DNA of 5,719 nucleotides from a virus (Duplodnaviria; Heunggongvirae; Uroviricota; Caudoviricetes): IMG/VR virus record IMGVR_UViG_3300029498_000035; one strand, 5' to 3'. Shown piece by piece: positions 3,957 to 5,719 of this stretch (position 1 is its first letter; each line of letters starts with the position of its first letter). The notes under the pieces were generated by a model. It saw only the letters and a program-made list of their open reading frames with translations, ran no database searches and was not told where the DNA came from. The position numbers and the translations under genes were made by a program.

Positions 3957-4778
3957 CTATCGCGTTACCCTCTTTAACTGCCGCTCCGCCCATGCCTCTT
4001 CAATGTCAAACCGAACCACCAACGTATCGTAAAAGCGTTTCACTGATTTTTTCCACGTATCAAGCGTGATAGCACTCGTCACTTTGCATATGGCATTAAA
4101 TGCCTCCGTTGATGGCAGCCTTTCACAGCCACGACCACCACAACGCTGGCAATCTCTGATAACAGGCATACCACGTTTTACCGACTCTTCACGATGAATG
4201 GCGACACCACGCCCACGGCAATCCTTACAGGCGGTGGAAACCTCACCCTTTCCGCCACACTCCGGACAGGCAACTTTTACCACCTCCCTGACTTTTTTCC
4301 ATTCTTCCCAGTAAGACGGATACACGCCTTTTGTGCACTTTGCCCACACTGGTGGCTTACCATCCGGATACTGGATCTTGTTTGTAAAAACCTCGCTTTC
4401 AATAAATTTTTTTCCGTGACAGCAGGGGCACTGTTTTTTGCTCGCCGCGCTACGGGCATAATCTTCAAACGCATACGAAGCCATAATGCGCATCACTACC
4501 GGTTTTATTTCTGCCGGAAGTTTTCTCAACGCCGCCACACGATCGCACCGACTGAGTGCATAATCTGCCAGTAATTCTGTTGCCCGCGCCCTGTCATTCA
4601 TACTGATGCCCATTTTCCCCAGGAACGCAGAAAACCCCATCTCAGCCCGATTCTGTGTCATGCCCTGCGCGGCCATCACATCAGTGATACTCAGCGCATC
4701 TTTTGACGTTGAGGCCGATGCATCGGTCAGGCCAGGGGATTTTGGGGAGTAGTATTTCGGTAAATCTTCCAGTTTCAT
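3957..4778 (-). CDS. Q: late-gene antiterminator Q, lambda family, with enlarged zinc-binding region
   Basis: ORF of 273 aa. The N-terminus MKLEDLPKYYSPKSPGL...TDVMAAQGM and the C-terminus ...FYDTLVV...RVTR match the lambda Q pattern from memory (lambda has MRLESVAKFHSPKSP...TDVMAAMGM and ...LYDALVV...AVTR). There are four CxxC motifs, three of them CxxC-G/R-G-x-G DnaJ-like. The start ATG overlaps the rusA stop (ATGA), and the gene is followed by a PR'-like promoter. Confidence 0.85.
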   Translation of the reverse strand: MKLEDLPKYYSPKSPGLTDASASTSKDALSITDVMAAQGMTQNRAEMGFSAFLGKMGISMNDRARATELLADYALSRCDRVAALRKLPAEIKPVVMRIMASYAFEDYARSAASKKQCPCCHGKKFIESEVFTNKIQYPDGKPPVWAKCTKGVYPSYWEEWKKVREVVKVACPECGGKGEVSTACKDCRGRGVAIHREESVKRGMPVIRDCQRCGGRGCERLPSTEAFNAICKVTSAITLDTWKKSVKRFYDTLVVRFDIEEAWAERQLKRVTR

Positions 4779-5149
4779 TTTTTGACCTGCTCTTCATGCA
4801 TTATGGGGTAAATCTTCACCCCCATACGTCCACCAGATACTGGCTGACCACGAACGATATTGATTTCATCAAACTGCTCATCGTCCATTAACACTCCCGC
4901 ATGCGTCAGCGCATCCAGCGGTGCTTTCAGGATATTGTCCAGGTCGCGACGACGCTTATCCGGTGGCTCTGCAATCACCTTTATCGCCAGCCTTCCGGAC
5001 AGGCTTAATTTCAGCCGCTGCTGGCGAACAATAAGCGCCACAGCCCGGCGATAACGCTTTCCCTCCTCCGAGATAAAATATGTGCTGCCACGGCGTCGCC
5101 AGTAAGTGTTCACCGTCGGCGGGTAAGGTAAAACCAAATCTATGAGCAT
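4775..5149 (-). CDS. rusA: Holliday-junction resolvase RusA
   Basis: ORF of 124 aa. The block DKRRRDLDNILKAPLDALTHAGVLMDDEQF matches the RusA catalytic region (E. coli RusA has [30 protein letters not shown]). An SD AGAGGTGA lies 5-7 nt upstream of ATG 5149. Confidence 0.92.
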   Translation of the reverse strand: MLIDLVLPYPPTVNTYWRRRGSTYFISEEGKRYRRAVALIVRQQRLKLSLSGRLAIKVIAEPPDKRRRDLDNILKAPLDALTHAGVLMDDEQFDEINIVRGQPVSGGRMGVKIYPIMHEEQVKK

Positions 5150-5161
5150 CAGTCACCTCTT

Positions 5162-5719
5162 TTACCCAAGCACGCCAGTTGCAAAGGCGTGATCAAGAAA
5201 ACGAAAAATTAAATCAACCTGAGAACCATGCTTTTCTTCGAACGCCAGAGGATCCGCATGAAGCTCGTTGTGATGCTCCCGACACAGCGGTAGCGTGAAA
5301 ATATCGTGAGATTTTGTCCCCATTCCGCCCTGACCATGACCAATCAGGTGATGGGGATCGTCGGCTGGCTTACCACAACACGCACACGGCTGTGTCTTCA
5401 CCCAGCGTGTGTATTTCTCGTTAACCCAGCGGCGACGTTTAGGTCGTTTCATGAAAGATTCCGGAGACTCAGGATCAACGGCAATGCTGACCACCGTCTC
5501 TTCCTGTGGCGGGTTTTGCTGGTGGGCGTGAGGCAGCGGCGCAAGATTTTTTGTGCGCTGCTTCAGTATGCTGGTGGCGGTCTGCTCTCCCGGTACGATG
5601 TCGCTTTCACGGTACATTGAGCGGATTTTTTCCGCACGCAACCCCAGCGAACGACGTAATACCGCTTCCGGTAGCGCGTCCGCCACCTGATTGCGGACCG
5701 CCCACCAGGATAATTCAGC
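5162..5719 (-). CDS. DUF1364/YbcO-like HNH-type zinc-finger protein; frame open to window edge (5'-partial or N-terminally extended)
   Basis: The C-terminal 96 aa (5162..5452, from MKRPKRRRWVNEKYTRW to the end) have the YbcO pattern with CxCCG...HH...CREHH. The same frame stays open for 89 more codons up to position 5719, and neither other minus frame offers an upstream gene ending here. ORF-track start 5686 is a GTG without an SD. Its position upstream of rusA matches ybcO in DLP12-like prophages. Confidence 0.7.
   Translation of the reverse strand, partial: AELSWWAVRNQVADALPEAVLRRSLGLRAEKIRSMYRESDIVPGEQTATSILKQRTKNLAPLPHAHQQNPPQEETVVSIAVDPESPESFMKRPKRRRWVNEKYTRWVKTQPCACCGKPADDPHHLIGHGQGGMGTKSHDIFTLPLCREHHNELHADPLAFEEKHGSQVDLIFRFLDHAFATGVLG

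Noticed and set aside
4194-5156. ORFs 4194..4574 (+), 4277..4474 (-), 4703..4891 (+), 4860..5054 (+) and 4956..5156 (-) overlapping Q and rusA
   Set aside because: They overlap the confidently identified Q and rusA frames, have biased low-complexity translations, and the minus-strand ones are out of frame with the real genes.
5306-5620. Plus-strand ORF 5306..5620 (104 aa)
   Set aside because: It is antisense to the DUF1364-like gene and its upstream extension, with no RBS and a Cys/Arg/Leu-rich translation typical of a shadow frame.

Overview
Read by eye, this window is the nin-to-late region of a lambdoid, Stx-phage-like prophage from an E. coli-like enterobacterium, with nearly everything on the minus strand. 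In transcription order (high to low coordinates) it holds a DUF1364/YbcO-like zinc-finger ORF that is open to the window edge (5162-5719), rusA (4775-5149), and a lambda-type Q antiterminator (3957-4778) that is translationally coupled to rusA. Then come a lambda-like late promoter PR' with its pause element (about 3909-3951), a short tR' terminator (3853-3875), a small winged-helix ORF (3533-3730), a second terminator (3521-3546), and an orphan beta-class DNA amino-methyltransferase (2333-3382). A tRNA cluster follows: tRNA-Ile(CAU) at 2208-2283, tRNA-Arg(UCG) at 2122-2198, and a truncated third tRNA-Arg(UCU)-like gene at about 2032-2107. Where Stx phages carry stxAB there is instead about 0.9 kb without convincing coding capacity, containing two tandem, diverged copies of a ~210-bp structured element (1210-1420 and 1673-1888), each ending in a minus-strand terminator hairpin. 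Left of that is an AT-rich island with a divergently oriented 111-aa ORF of unknown function (839-1174, plus strand), then a small DUF1737-like ORF (390-578) and another minus-strand terminator (116-146). The most interesting candidates are the tandem structured elements (possible paralogous sRNA genes), the AT-rich orphan ORF, and the small regulator plus palindrome plus orphan methyltransferase arrangement. All product calls rest on motifs and remembered family features; nothing was searched against a database.
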